The notes beneath the pieces were generated by a model. That model had not been told where the DNA came from, ran no database searches, and saw only the letters and a list, made by a program, of their open reading frames with translations. A stretch of DNA of 64,000 nt from Anthoceros angustus. Its lineage: Eukaryota; Plantae; Anthocerotophyta. Below are positions 48,100 to 62,800 of this stretch, in pieces (position 1 is the stretch's first letter; each line of letters starts with the position of its first letter). The stretch is from contig VJWM01000103.1 of assembly GCA_010909165.1 (NCBI GenBank), forward strand, positions 372,001 through 436,000. Reading direction: 5' to 3'. The position numbers and the translations under genes were made by a program.

Positions 48100-50861
48100 T
48101 GCCAATTATTTGGCGTGTATAATCAAAGGAGGATTAGAGGGCGTTTGCCTTTATTATGTATGATTGATCTGCGGTGTGATGACATGGAAAACTAGGCGGA
48201 GATTGAGGCCAAAAATATGTCATGGGAGTCCTTGGAAACCACACTTATGCGGCAATGAAGCATCTTGCAGACATCTCTCCAAAAGCGGTTTCGGTATGTG
48301 GAGGCTCATGTGTGTGGTCTCAAGCGTACGGAGATCGAGTCCTCGCCACGAGACCATGTCGATGTCGACAAGCGCGGAAGATGAATTTTATAGAGGTGAG
48401 GTATTTGCGTGATGAATTGATTATTGCAGGCGGGATGTGTGATGACCATGACATGGAAATTCAACTGTATAAGGTGTTGGGGCTTATTGAGGATGATGAA
48501 GCACCAAGATGATGTTTATAAATGTAACAAGGTTGACAACAGACCTACATTTTAAGTATCATAAACAAGAGGGTAGGGTATGGGAAATGTAGACAAGATA
48601 TTTAATAAGTGGGAAGTGTGAGCGCAGGTAAGAAGCATGTGAGGTGGACAAGCAAGAAGAGCAAGGTGAAGCGGAAAGTGACCGACGAGGCTAACAAAAT
48701 AGACAATCGCCTATGTGAAGCCAAAAGATATGCTTGCAAAGCCTTGGAAATCATTTCAAGGATTCCAATGGGGAGTGTGGGCAGATTACTTATCACCGCA
48801 ATAGAGAAAGTCGGCAGTCTCATTGACTCGAAGGAATGGATGATTTATATATCGCTCGAAGAAATTCATATTATTCAAGTGGCGATGGCTAAACACTGGG
48901 TTGTTTCTTTGAAGAGGTTCGGCAGAGTATCCCCAAGACTAACTCGATGAAATGTCGCGATTCCAAACGGCATTTTGGGAAAAGGTCATTTTCCTGCACC
49001 TTCTTTCCATTTTCACCAGCTGCTACGTCGCCACCGCCGAGTGGCCGGCCCTCCACCACCGGCCCTCACTCACAGTAGCGGGCCACCTGCCGCCTCCCAC
49101 CGTCCCTGGGGCAGGGGTCACGCCGCCAGCCCCTGCAGGCCTCGCACCAACCGCGGAGAGCGGGGGCGCCTACGCCGCGCCCCGGGCCGGCTTCCTACTC
49201 ACCAATGGAGAGGGCCGCCTACCGCGCTCTGCGATCGCCAGGATCGCCGAGCGGCGCCGGCCCGGCCGCCTCCAACGCTAGTTAGTTGTGAGGTGCTTGA
49301 GCCGCTTCGCATTCTAACAAAGTTGTTTTGTTTTTGGCGAATCAAGGACGTGGAGGTCTTGACAAAGCCGCCTCGACTCTGATTTCATTTTAGGATCAAT
49401 AATTGGAAGGGCTTAGAGAATGAGCAGCGGGCTTTCATGGACAAGGACTTGCAAGAAGGACTCCGTATATTCAATGTTCCCATCGAGAAACAGTCCAAGC
49501 AGTGGAAGCCTGCAACGCTCGGACATGCGTGGTTTGAGGGGAAGGAAATACACCTTCTAGTCATGGATGTTCTCGTGGATTTGACATCGGCCAATGGACA
49601 AACGAATGATTATCGATCACGCAGTCATTAAGGGCTCCGGATCATGTATTGCCGAAGGAAAGAAGGCACCTGCAAGTAGGGCCGCTACCGCCAGAGTGTG
49701 TGGAACGCCTCGATAGAAATTCACTTGTACACTTAACCCCGCTTTGGTTCTTAGCGCCAAGCTTGGGCTTAATGGATTGTCAGTTGACAACATTCCTCGC
49801 ATTGTCAAGCATAGGCGGATTAATCGGATGCGGATTGAGATCGAAGCTAGAGTAACCGAGGGGACACCCGCCCTGGCCCCCGCCCAGAAAGGAATGTAAG
49901 ATACCTGGATCACCTTCAAAAAGACGCCCATCAAGACAGTGGACAACTCGGCTGTGTATGGATCAGCAAGGTCTCAATCCTGGAGACCGAGCTAAGAGCT
50001 TCGATTCAAATGGAGCTGGAGAATACGCCGAAAGAAGAATGATGTCTCACCGGAAACATGAGTATGTCACTATGAGCATTTTGAAGAGAAGGCCCACCGG
50101 AATGGTCATCGAAAACAAGATGAAGTATAAGGATCCGGCCTACTCGAGAATGGCACTGGCGAAGATTTTAATATCCTCGCGGTGTGCAAGGATGCGATAC
50201 CAATGTAGAGAGGAGAAGAAGGACATCTTGGCACGGCTATGAGAAGTTAATAAATAGAATCCTGCATAAAGCAGGAGTTGCCGGGTAAGTTTACTGGGGC
50301 ACCACTCCAAGGAAGAGGCCTTAGCTAGAGTATTTGGTTGATCCATGTTTGAGATTGAAGGACATGTTTCCATCGCCCTTGGAGAAGTAACATCCTTATT
50401 GACGCTTGCTTTTAGCTTGTCCAATGAGACTAAGGGCCATACATCGTAATCAAGGATCTTGTGGAGGATACGGATGGAAGACCATGCGGAGGTCATGAAA
50501 TTTTCATGGCCAGCTCAATGCCACCCGCATCGTCAAGGAAGGTAATGGATGGCCGTCATAGCGCCTGTGGGAGAAAAGTATGGTTTGACCGACGCTCTAT
50601 AAGATTGGGCTAGGAGAAGGTGCCAAGGGGGGATGTTGCGCCAACCAAGGTTGCCGGGAGTGGGACCATAATTTGATCCCCACAAGAGCATTTTATGGCT
50701 CGGACAAGAGGATCCAGTATTCCCACTATAGGCCAGCTAATTCTAACCCATTTGGAGGAGCCTACCATCGAATCATTCCAAGGTGGGGAACAACCACCAT
50801 CGCTTAGAAGCCTAAGACCAGCCAACGCAGGTGGACTACTGACCCTTAAAGGTTCCCCGGG

Positions 50862-53800
50862 GAAATTAGGAACAGGTAGGGTTTTGCTTTTTTTTGTAGG
50901 AGAAGGATAAAATGAGGCTAAAAAGGGGAAATAAGCATGAAATTCTGACGCACTGAGTATACTCCGGACCCCGAGTGGAACGACTCGACCTACTATGGTA
51001 GGCGACCACGGTAATGGTGGATAAGTCCGGACCCACTCCAAGACCAAGGTGATAAGCACGCCAGGAAAGTAACTCAGAGTTGAGCCGTGAGCGACCAGCG
51101 ACGCCACGGCAACTCGAGTGGAGAACGGCATGCACCGCCAGACCGTGAACCTGTGAGAGGCCGTTATAGTAGTATTCACGCTGGATCGCGCGGGCGGCGA
51201 AGACCGAGGCACGCGCGCGAAGGCCGTAAGCGGAGGCGAAGGTCGTAAGCCATGCACTGCGCCACGGGAAGAGGCGCCTCCCGCCTGGCCGTTACCCAAG
51301 GAGCGTCAAGGGGAAGGTCATACCGCAGCCGAGACAATTTCGCGATCTCGCGCCCCGCAACCGCTCGCGGTATCTCGGGACACTCAGACGCGCTGCTCAC
51401 CGCTGAGGTCGGAGCAACGCGCGAAGAAGGCGCAACGTGCCAGCCTCCGGCGGCCACAAAGAACCAAGGGAGGAGAAGGCGATGGCACCCAAAAGCCCGG
51501 AAGTTTGGGAGCCATGGAACCTTGTGGAGCGCAACATTGTGACCCGCGCTATCCGGACTTTGGGCCCGGCCCCGTGAAGGTGGAGAATTGGTGCAGGAGT
51601 GGCATTTGGATGTGTTCCATGGTCCGACATTTGACAAGTCACCGTCCGGAGTTCGCCCAAGATGCCGGGCGGTCAAGGAGGTGCGGTCCAAGAACCTCCG
51701 GAGGACCCAAGGCGATGGACCTTGAGGTCCCGGGGCCTACAACCGCCCAAAGGAGGAAGAGGGGAGGGTGCCGAGCCCCTCAAGGCGGAAGATAGGGCCG
51801 CCACAGCAGCTGGCGCAAGGCCTCGACGCAACCACCACCAACTTGGTCGATATCCGACCGCTGAGTAAGGCGGTGGCCCGATCATTGTCCATCGAACCTA
51901 CTCACCAAGGTGGATCACCTTGGTGATAACTGCTGGTATTCCCCGCACGCTGCAGCTGGGGAAGAGGGCGACTGGGAAGGATTATCTTCGCCTGGCTTAG
52001 CCAGAGGCTCAAGCTGTGGACCGAGAAGCCCATTCTGGGCCGCCCCCATACCGATCCATGGGGCATTTCAGCTCCTCAAGGAAGGAGAGCTTGAGCGAGC
52101 GCCCGAAAGGACCTGAGGCCCCGCCGAAGTGGAGCGGGCAAGGGCGCCGAGGGAGGAGGCCGATCGTCGAAGCCAAACGGACTCGGAGGAGGACGATCGA
52201 GGATTCCTGACTCACGCTGAACGGACCCCTCACCACCTGTGGAAGTATGGAAGAAATTCCCCGCCTCCTTCCGTGCCCCAACCGGCCCACAGAAGCGGCC
52301 CCGACCCAGCCCCGCCACCGGCCATCACTCCTACCGAGGAGCCCTGCCGACTGTGAGGGAGCCAAGAGACGCAAGACCACGGCTACCAACGCTGCACCCC
52401 GCTGAAAGATTTCCCCGCCACGGGAGTGGCAAGAAGCGGAGGAAGTGGGAGGGCGAAAAGGACGCCTGTGGAGCGGAGGACACCGGGCACACACCCCGAG
52501 CCGGGTCCTGCCGCCGGAAGGGGCAAAAGGCTTGCTCCTGACTCCATCACCTCCTCCGAGCCCTGTGGAGAAAGGGCTGAGAAGGAGCTCGCGCCAAAAG
52601 GGCCAAGGAGGGGAAGCCCGAGCCAAGACTCGTGACCTAAGGGTCCCGATTAGGTCCGAGAACCCACCGACTTCCCGATCATGGAGGTCCTTGGCGGATC
52701 TGTGAGATGCCGGCCTCCACGGACTTTGTGGGAGCTCCTCAGCAGGCCGTGGAAGAAACACGGGGGTCCTGCTACCGCCATGGACGGTATGCCTGGGGTC
52801 TGGATGGCCGAGAAGACCTGTGAGGTAGAAGCCACCCGAGGCGCATGGTACTCCTCCGTGAGCAGCTGAGGGAGCCCAGAGGCGAGAAGGAAGGCCAAGC
52901 TCGCCGATTGAGGAAGGAAACGCCGAGGCGAGAGGAGGTCCGTCCATCCGCAAGGACCGGACAAATTCCTTCACCGAGGAACAGTGGCACAAGGAGGCCC
53001 AAGCGGCGAGGACCTCGCAGCAGGGGCGAGCGCAACAGAAGCGAGGACGCCCGGCGCAAGCGTAACGGGCGCGGATCCGCGAGGCCTGACCGACCAGAGC
53101 CAAGCCGAGAGGCCTGTGAAGGTGGCCAAGGAGGCGGAGGCCACGGGCGAGCCGATCGCGATCACTATGATCGAACCGGTGGAGGAGGCGAGAGAGCCAC
53201 GCCAATCAAGGCGGTGGCAAGGAGCAAGCACGAGCGAGAACATCGAGGCCAAGACCCGGGACCCTGTGGCGCACTGCAGGAGGTAGAAGGGAGGCGGCAG
53301 GAGTTGGAGGACAAGAAGGACACCTTGGAGTTACAACCCAAGACGCTCGGAGCAAAGAAGGTTCTCAACGGGAGAATCCAAGACTTCGAGCGAGATAGAG
53401 CGCCCGCCTCAAGATGGAGGAGGTGGCGAGCAAGCGCGGACCAACCAGCCCAAGAAGTTCGCACAAGGAGGTGGAGGATCTCCGACTCACCCGGAGGTGG
53501 AGCAGGGCAGGAGATGGAGGACCAAGGAGACTTTGAGTCGCCCAAACTATCATTGAGAGGAATGGTAGTTCAGGATATGCGAACGCGGAAATAGAGCGGC
53601 CCGGCTCATGGACGGAGCGAAGGCAACAGGAGCAGGACGCGCCGAGATGGAAAAGGGCTGGTGAAGCCCGCAGCGAGCACCGTCTGGAGCGAGATGGCGG
53701 AGTTACACTGTAATGGACAAGGAGGCGAGGGCGCCGAAGGCACAAGAAGCCGGTCCACCGAGGAAGTCGAAGGGAACGCTGCGGTGCAAGCCGGCCAAAC

Positions 53801-56800
53801 GAGGAGTTGGAGCAAGTGGAGCAACATGACGATCGCTGGAGGTGACCGAGGCAGAGCCTCCTGAGAAGCAGCCTCCATCATCAAGGCGGGGGAGGTGGAG
53901 CAACAAGCGGGCAAGGCTCCCGGAGCCCTATGGCTAAGGGAGACGGGCACACGTGGAAGAGGCAATCCAAGTGGATTCGGACTTTGCCTATTACCACACC
54001 GAGCCTAAGGCTGAGGCCTCGCCAAGGGACGGCCCCGAAGGCCCTGAGGGGAAGAAGGGCACGGGATAAAGACAGGGACCCTAGGGGCTTGAGACGACGG
54101 CAACAAGGAGGAGCCGGAGGAGCGACGCATGACCAAGGTAAGTTCACCACCACCCGATCCGGCGAGGGGGTGAGGGGCCCCGGGGTGCAAGGGGAGCCAA
54201 CCCCACCAAGACAAGGGTCAAGGAGGAGGACCCAGACGAGGTCCATGAAGGGGTCCGAGTTTGAGACGACCAGGGACGGACCTCGAGGTCCGAACCCGAG
54301 ACGAGGCCGACCCAGGCTGGACTCGGAAATAAAACCGGACTGAGTTCAGCCTGAGTAGGACCGACTCCCGAGGTCCGGACCCGCAAGAGGAGGAGCCCTC
54401 GACTTACGCTAGGGGAGTGATAGCGGGCCCCACCGAGGGGGGACCCACGGAAGGCTGTGGAGGATGACGAGGTACCGGCCGCCGACCGCCACGAGCCAAC
54501 CCGGCTGTGATTCCGGAGAAGGAGGTCCCGCGATCATCCGATTGCGCGCCGCAAGCTGTGGCGGAGATTGACCACCAATCCCGAAGGAACGACCTTCCCA
54601 CCCCACCGCCGGAAGGAGATAGGAGGAGGGAATAGGATGGTAGGCCGATTAGGCATACCGAAATGGCCTCGTAATAGGGGTGTAATACGCCGACCGGCGT
54701 AGTATAAGAGGGCTCGCCTCAATAAATCATCTTTCTTGGTGTTGATGCTGCTCTGCACTGTGTCTTCTGCTAACGTGAGTCCCGAACAAAGGTGCACGTA
54801 CCGGGAGATTGATCGTGGTCCCGTGACGACCTAACGTGTGTGTGTGGAGGGTGATCGGGACCCGTGCTCGCCGAGCCGCGCCCGACCGAACGGACCGAAC
54901 GTGAGCCGAGGACTCGGAGGGCGGCAGAGCCCGGACGGAGAGGCCCGGAACGACGAGGAGGTCCGGATCGTAACCCGCTGCCTTCTAAGACCGATAAGTG
55001 TAGTGAGAGAGAGGACTGAGGTGAGAGACGAACGTGAACAAACGGACGCGAACGGGTCCTTAAACGCTTACACCGCGGTGAACGCGAGTAGTTAGACGTG
55101 AACTAAGTGTGCGAGGACCGAGCGGACGTAGTAAGACGAAAATCGCCGCCGCAAACGGAGCCTATCATTCCTTTGGGAACGGACTCTTCCTACAACGACA
55201 CGGATTGTGCGCTACCGTCACGAAAGTCGCGCCACATTTTGGCGCTGTCGGGAATGAAATCGCCCAGAGCTGCGGGATGCGGAGGACGGAGGTAGTTAAG
55301 GAAGAATCGAGAGAGCGGACGCCAGATCGCCGAGCGCCCGAGCGCAGTAACGTGAGAGACGACGCTCGAGGCGAGGACACCAACAATGCGGTGGAGTTGT
55401 CGGATCGAGAGGAGGACGCAGACCAAGTCAAAGTGGGCGGTTCCTCACCCTTACCGATCGCGACGATGGCAACAACGCCGACCAAGCAAGCGATTCTCTT
55501 TGGAGGTAAGAAGGAGAGGACGTCAAACCTTCGTGGAGGATTTCGTGTCGCAAACTTCAACGGAGAAGGTTCGATGCGCACATTCAAATTGCTCCAAGGG
55601 TCCTGGCACGCGGCTGGTAGAGGACCACCGCCTCGTAACGCACCGCAACCTTCAAGATTGAAGGATGCCTTCAGAAAGATTCCGAATCGATCAAGAAGGC
55701 TACGCCTTGTCCAAACTCGAGAACCAAGCGAGGAAAGACGGAGAAGTTGGGATCGACATCGAACGGTTCTACCGCGGACCGCACCCCACTCACACTACCA
55801 TGCAAAGTGTACGTTGGTTCGCATGGCTTATCCAAGCCAATGGCTAAGCACGCCGCTAAGGCAGAAAGATGTGAGCAAGGCGGTCCGGCGGAGAACTATG
55901 AAGAATCGATGCACCAACGACGGCCGAGGACTCTCCAGGAGGAAAGAAGAAAAGAAGGCGGGTCGGATCAAGATGAAGAACCCTGACGAGGAGGATGATG
56001 AGACCGAGGCACACGGAGGAAGAGGAAGAGGACTCAAGAAGAACTGAGGAGGTCATGGAAGAAGAAGAACCTCACAAAAATAAAGAAGAAGAAGCCCGAG
56101 TCGGAGGTGGAAAGAAGGAGGTCATGATGCCCGCACGAGAGGTCCACCGACCCAGCCTTTGAAGGAAGTAGGCCGAGGGAAGATCTAGAACGGTAATGAA
56201 GAGGGTGGAGGAGTTGACGATCAACCGTGAAGGATAAAGAACGGCGAAGGTGGCCACCACGGTCCGACTCATCTGTGGTGTGCGTGTGTCACCAACATGG
56301 GCATTCAAGGCCAACCGCCTCCGCCCGTGAACTGTGAGTATGACGGGAAGAGTCCGAGGAATGGGGAGGATGCATACCAAGTGCAAGAAGCACAACCGGG
56401 ACCACGATCCTGAACGATGTACCCCATGCAGCTGGTCCGTCTGCATCGACTGGCGCAAAGACCGCATGGGAGCCCTCCAGAATTCGTGGTCTTGGAACTG
56501 GGGAACCCCGCACTACTCCAACGCCCATACCCCACCGCAAGGCAACGGGACTTTGAACGCCTGTGTGGAGATTGTAAGGTGGGGCACATGGCAAGACTGT
56601 GTCCGAACCCTCGCCGAGGACGGCGCTACGCCACCCCGCAGGGAGCCGACACCACGCCCTCCCTAAGGCGGCGCCTGTACAAATTGAAGACGACAATGGA
56701 GGGGAGGAGGCACCGAGGAGCTCGAACGAGGTGGTACGGGCAAGTTCGCTAAGGAGAAGAAGGCGGACTGAGGTACCGAAGTGTCAACCCGAGTCGCCGA

Positions 56801-59800
56801 AAGGAGCGAAGGAAAGGAGATGAAGAGGAAGAAAATGGGATAGTCCCACGGATACGGAGGACGGAACACTGGCGAAGCCGAACCCGCCAAAGAGGACAGA
56901 AACCGGCAGCCCGCCAAGAAGAAACCCCCAAAAGCCACCGGAGTCTCCTGAGAAGCGGACTCACCCACGGCAACGCCGCAGCTTCCACCGGATGTGGTCC
57001 GAAGTGACCGAGATGCTTCAAGAAGAACTCCGACAGACCCGTATGGTCCGACCACCACAAAGAGCGGCCAAACCGGAGGAGTCAAGGCGACGCGTGACGC
57101 AGCAGAGAACCACCCGCCCTTTCAAGGTGGCCGACTTGATGATGGACCAACAACACTTGGTGTCCCTTAGGCTTGTTAAAAGACAACCCGGCATCGGCTG
57201 TGAAGTCCGAAGGCCATCAGGAAACGCAACCACGCCGGAACTCCTTGGTCCAAGGGCAAGAACGTGAGGTAAGGGTCGATCTCATACGGACCGGGCGCCA
57301 GCAGGTGGAAATTGCGGGTGTAATTAAAACGTGCTCGACACGGGTCGGAGTGAACCTCATCACCGAGGCCACCGCAAGACGGCCGGGTTCACCACCTTCG
57401 AGCCATCCACCAAAACCCTCGGATGGCGACATGTTGGCGAGCGCCAGCAGGGAGTTGTCCGAGTCCAAGCCACCATAGCGGAGCCCCTATACATTAGATT
57501 TTGGCCATCGACCCGCCGACCTCCGGGTATGAGGTCCTGCTAGCGGTTTTGGCCGGGCCTCGCTGACAAAACTACACTTTGACGGAAGGAAATACACTTG
57601 CCGGACTGGGATCCAAGGTGAGGGAAGGACGGTAGCGACACCGAGTAAGGACACATAATGGTGGAAACCACAAGACCACGTAGGGGTACACCTCCGCCAA
57701 GAAGGGGGACGATGAGCGAGGATACGAATGAGGACTACCTTTCCCAAAATCACGTGGTCGAAGAAGATGGATATCGGAGGGACACCTTTGGAGCGAGGTG
57801 ATCAGGTCAAGTGGAAGTCAGGAGACAACAAAGGGGAATCAAGAGGAGGGACTGAGGAAGAATCGTTCACTGACGAACTCTTCCGAGATGGGGAATGCGT
57901 GAAGATGAACTGATGGAGGATGACACGGCGAGTGAAGCGCGAGGAAAGAGAGACGCCAACCCGACGATGTGGAAGACGTGGAGGTTCGCCAGGAAATTCC
58001 TAAAATTCGCAAGGGCATGCCGAGGGTTAAACAAGACCTCACGTTGTTGGGGAATTCAATGAGGTGTGTTTGCTTCAAGGTCACATATGAAGGCATTCAA
58101 ACAAAGGCTAACACCGGATAGATCTCGAAGCCGTGAGCGGTGCCCGCTCGGATTAGGCAAGATAAATCAATCCCAAGCACTCGCCAAGGTCAAGGAAGTC
58201 CCGGATAAGTATCCGAAGCGACATCATCTTCCCAATCGTGAATAAAAGGAGTGGGTGGCGCCATTGTGGTCGTCCAAGAAGCAGCAGGGCGATTCGGGTC
58301 TGTCAGATCGGAGAAAGCTTAACGCCGCCACAAAAAGGACCATTTCCCATGCCCTTTGTGGACGATATAATCGACAAGGTGGCGTGAGTACCTACTCCTT
58401 CTTGACTACTCGGCCACAACCAGCACCTAAGGGAGCCTGACCGATAAGACAACATTCACCACGGAGTGGGGGACGCTTGCCTACAAACGGAGTGCCTTCG
58501 GATGACAGAGCACCCGGATCATTTATGCGGATGGTGACCAATGTCTTCCGGAATTTCGAGGGACTTCATGGAGGTGTTCTTGGACTCGTGCACGGAGAGG
58601 AGGACAAACACGTGACATTTGCGAAGTGTTTGGAACGATGTAGGAGACTCAACAGGCTCGCATCCCGAGAAATGCTACTGCATGACAGAGGGAATCTTGT
58701 TGGGCACCGAGGTCGGCAAGAGGGATAGAGGTGGACCAAGACAAGGTGAAAGTCATCCACCTCGCACCGCCAAACGAACTTGAAGGAGTTACGGGATTCC
58801 CGGGCATGGTGGGTTACTATAGGCTTCATACAAGATTTTGCAAAGAGGGCCTGTGCCAAGAGCTACTCAGAAGGAGGAGGAATGGACCCGGACGCGAGAG
58901 GGAGGCGATTCAGAGACCTCCGCACTGCCGGCCCCACTCAAAGGACCGGACCGGGGAAGCGATTCCATGTGTATGGATGTGTCACCGCCATCGGTAGTGC
59001 TCACCAAAAGATGATAAACGGAGGGATCACCCAATCTACTACGCTGAAGAGCCACGACGCGAACGGAGGTACACTACTACGGAGCGAGAGGCATTGGGAA
59101 TGGTATACGCTTAAGAAATTCGTATTACCTTCCGCCCAATGAGTTTGTGTTCTATGTTGATCACTACCAAGCATTTGGTGAACAAGGCACTTGTCTGGAC
59201 GGATTGTAGGTGGATTCTGTGGAGTTCACATTTGAGGTGGAGACTAGGCAAGGAAGCAACACCAAACGCCGACTTCTTGTCCAAAAAAGACGGAGCCTGC
59301 CCCAGGATCAAGAGGACGCCTTCCGGAGGAATTGGTGGGGATAGAGGAGGAGGTAGAGGAGCACACGGACAAACCCTAAGTCGGGGAATGGACCCACGAA
59401 GCGAGAAGGGAGCGACGGGGCGCCTCTTACGGAGTTGGAACGGCTATGGGAGATGGAGCTACCAACGAATCGAACCGGTCCAAGGTGCCTTTGTGCACTA
59501 CGCCGCCTTTCCTTGTATAACGGTTGCATCTTTAAGGTGTGGAACGAAGGTACTCCAACAAAGCGGAGAGGTGGTAATAAAGGGATGCACCAAGGACTAG
59601 GTGGTGGACATTATGCAACAGCAGTCACCACCAAGAAAATCTTGAGGTCGGGTACGTGGCCCACCATGTATGGGGAAACACACCAATTGTGAAGAAGTGT
59701 GATGCTTGTCCCGGATCGGAAGCCGACGCCACAACTCAATGGCCGTTAGTGCCCATACTAGCACTAGCCTTTTGAGAAGTGGGCATCGACTGGACCCATA

Positions 59801-62800
59801 CCACCCATGGCACACACAAAAGCGTACATCTTGGTGGCAACGACATCGCACTGTGAAGGCGCTACGAACGGATCATGAGCACGGTGGCCAAATTCCTCAC
59901 GAAACATCATCACAAGGTATGGGTGTCCGCCGTGGTAAGCGATAGGGAACCCATTTCCTCAATGATGTGATAACCGCAATGACGGACTATTTCGCATCAC
60001 ACATCGTGAAACGCCCCTACAATCCAAGGCCAACGGACCGACGGAGAAGACCAATGGACTCTCGCCGATCCTCAATAAGCCGACGGTTAACTATGCGCAC
60101 GATCGATACAAAGCGCCATCGCGCGCTCGTAACGGCAGAGAAGGTAACCACGCAACGAACTCCGTATTATTCGACCTATGGGCACTCACCCGTTATGCCG
60201 GCCGAGTTTGAGGTGCCAACACTCCGGTCATGATGGAAAGGCGCTTAACGGATGAAGAGAGCCAACCGGAGCTAGGGTTTTGTGCAAAGATACGGAGGAC
60301 CGGAAGAGGCGCAACAATGCAATCGGTATGTAATCAACGCAAGCCGTGGCATGATAGCGCCTTTAGAATCGTGGAGTATGTGAAGGAGGGAGATCCGCCT
60401 CCTTACGACACCGACATATGCACTTCCTGTAAACTCCACCTACGATGGATGGGACCCAAGTCGCAGTATACCCCAATGGGTCCGCTCACCGGCTTGGATG
60501 GTGAACCGCCCACTGGTGAACGGATGGCGGGTGAAAACATTTTAGTGTTGGCGAGACGCCAACAGTGAGAAGGGGAGTATGTGGACTACTGGGGTTAGAA
60601 ATTAGGTAGGGTTTTGTTTTTTGTAGGAGTAAAGGATAAAATGAGGCGAAAAGGGGAAATAAGCACCTGGACGACTGAGTATACTCCGACTGAGTGAGGA
60701 ACGCTGACCTAATGGTAGGCGCCACGCAACGGATAAGTCCGACCCACTCTGTGACCGGTGATAAGTACGCCAGAAAGTAACTTAGAGTTGAGCCGGACGG
60801 ACCAGGCGACGCCACGCGGCAACTCGAGTGGAGGACGGCATGGGTCAGACCGTAATGCTGAGGCCGCATATAGTATTCACGCCTGGACCGCGCGGAAGCC
60901 GTAGGCACGCGCGCGTAAGGCCGCAGTAAGCGGAGGCGAAGGTCGGTAAGCCGCGTGCACTGCGCTACGGACAGGAAGAGGCGCCCGCCCGTTACTCCCA
61001 AGGCGCCGGGGGAAGGTCACGCCAGCCGAGACACGCGATCTCTGCGCCCGCAACCGCTCGGGCGGTATCTCGTGGACAGACGCTCTGGCTCACCGCTGAG
61101 GTCGGAGCAACGCGCGAAGAAGGCGCAACGTGCAGCCTCCGGCCAGCAAAGAACCAAGGGAGGAGAAGGCGATGGCACCCAAAAGCCCGCTGGAAGTTTG
61201 GGAGCCATGGAACCTTGTGGAGCGCAACATTGTGACCCGCGCTATCCGGACTTTGGGCCTGCCCGTGAAGCGGAGAATTGGTGCAGGAGTGGCATTTGGA
61301 TGTGTTCCATGGTCCGACATTTGACCACCGTCCGGGAGTTTGCCCAAGATGCAAGGGCGCGGTCAACAAGGAGGCGGTCCAAGAACCTCCGGAGGACCCA
61401 AGGCGATGGACCTTGAGGTCCCGGGCGCCTACAACCGCCCAAAGGAGGAAGAGGGGAGGGTGCCGAGCCCCTCAAGGCGGGGAAGATAGGGCCAGCACAG
61501 CGATGCTAAGGCTCGACGCAACGACCACCAACGGTTGGTCGATATCCGACCGCTGACCGAGTAAGGGCGGTGCCCGATCATTGTCCATCGAACCTACTCA
61601 CCAAGGTGGATCACCTTGGTGATAATCTATATTCCCCGCACGCAGCTGGGGAAGAGGGGCGGATCGGGAAGGATTATCTTCGCCTGCTTAGCTGTGAGGC
61701 TCGCAAGCTGTGGACCGAGAAGCCTCGCCATTATCTGGCCCCCATACCGATCCATGTATGGGGCATTTCGAGCTCCTCAAGGAAGGAGAGCTTGAGCGAG
61801 CGCCCGGAAAGGACCGGAGGCCCCGAAGTGGAGCGGCAAGGGCGCCGAGGGAGGAGGCCGATCGTCGAAAACCAAACGGACTCGGGAGGAGGACGATCGA
61901 GGGATTCTGACTCCATACGTCGAACGGACCCCTCACCACCTGTGGAAGTATGGAAGAAATTCCCGCCTCCTCCTTCCGTGCCCCAACCAGAAATGCCACA
62001 GAAGCGGCCGACCAGCAGCCACCACCATCACTCCTACCGAGGAGCCCCGCCGACTGTGAGGGAGCCAAGAGACGCAAGACCACTTACCAACGCTGCACCC
62101 CTGGGCCGGTGCCAAGATTCTCCCGCCCACGAGTGGCAAGAAGCGAGGAAGCGTGAAGGAGGGCGTAAAGGGACGCGCCTGTGGAGCGGAGGACACCGGC
62201 AGCACCCCAGAGCCGGGTCCTGCCACCGTGAAGGGGCAAAGGCTTGCTCCTGACTCTCACCTCCTCCGAGCCTGTGGAGGAAAAGGGCGAGAAGGAGCTC
62301 GCGCAAAAGGGCCAAGGAGGGGAAGCTCCGAGCAAAGACTCGTGACCTAAGGGTCCCGATTAGGTCCGAGAACCCACCGACTCCCGGACAGCGGTATGGA
62401 GGTCCTGACTGAGATGCCGCCCCGCCACGGACTTTGTGGGAGCCTCACTCAGCCGGAAGAAACACGGCGGTCCTGCTACCGCCATGGACGGTGCCTGGGT
62501 CTGTAAGGGATGGCCGAGAAGACCTGTGAGGTAGAAGCCACCCGAGGCGCATGGTACTCTCCGTGAGCAGCTGGAGGGAGCCCAGTGAGGCGAGAAGGAA
62601 GGCCAAGCTCGGATTGAGGAGGAAACGCCGGAGGCGGAGAGGGAGGTCCGTCCATCCGCAAGGACCGGACAAATTCCTTCACCGAGGAACAAAGGCACAA
62701 GGAGGCCCAAGCGCTGGCGGAGGACCTCGCAGCAGAGGGGCGAGCGCAGCAGAAGCGAGGACGCCCGGGCGCAGCGTAACGGGCGCGGATCCGGTGGAGG

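Noticed and set aside
48950-50860. Possible LINE remnants
   Set aside because: Only vague resemblance; no endonuclease or YADD-type RT motif could be read.
52009-53205. Long antisense ORFs in LTR copies (398 aa here; others at 44500-46900 and 62300-63700)
   Set aside because: GC-rich shadow frames of the sense LTR ORF, not consistently open between copies.
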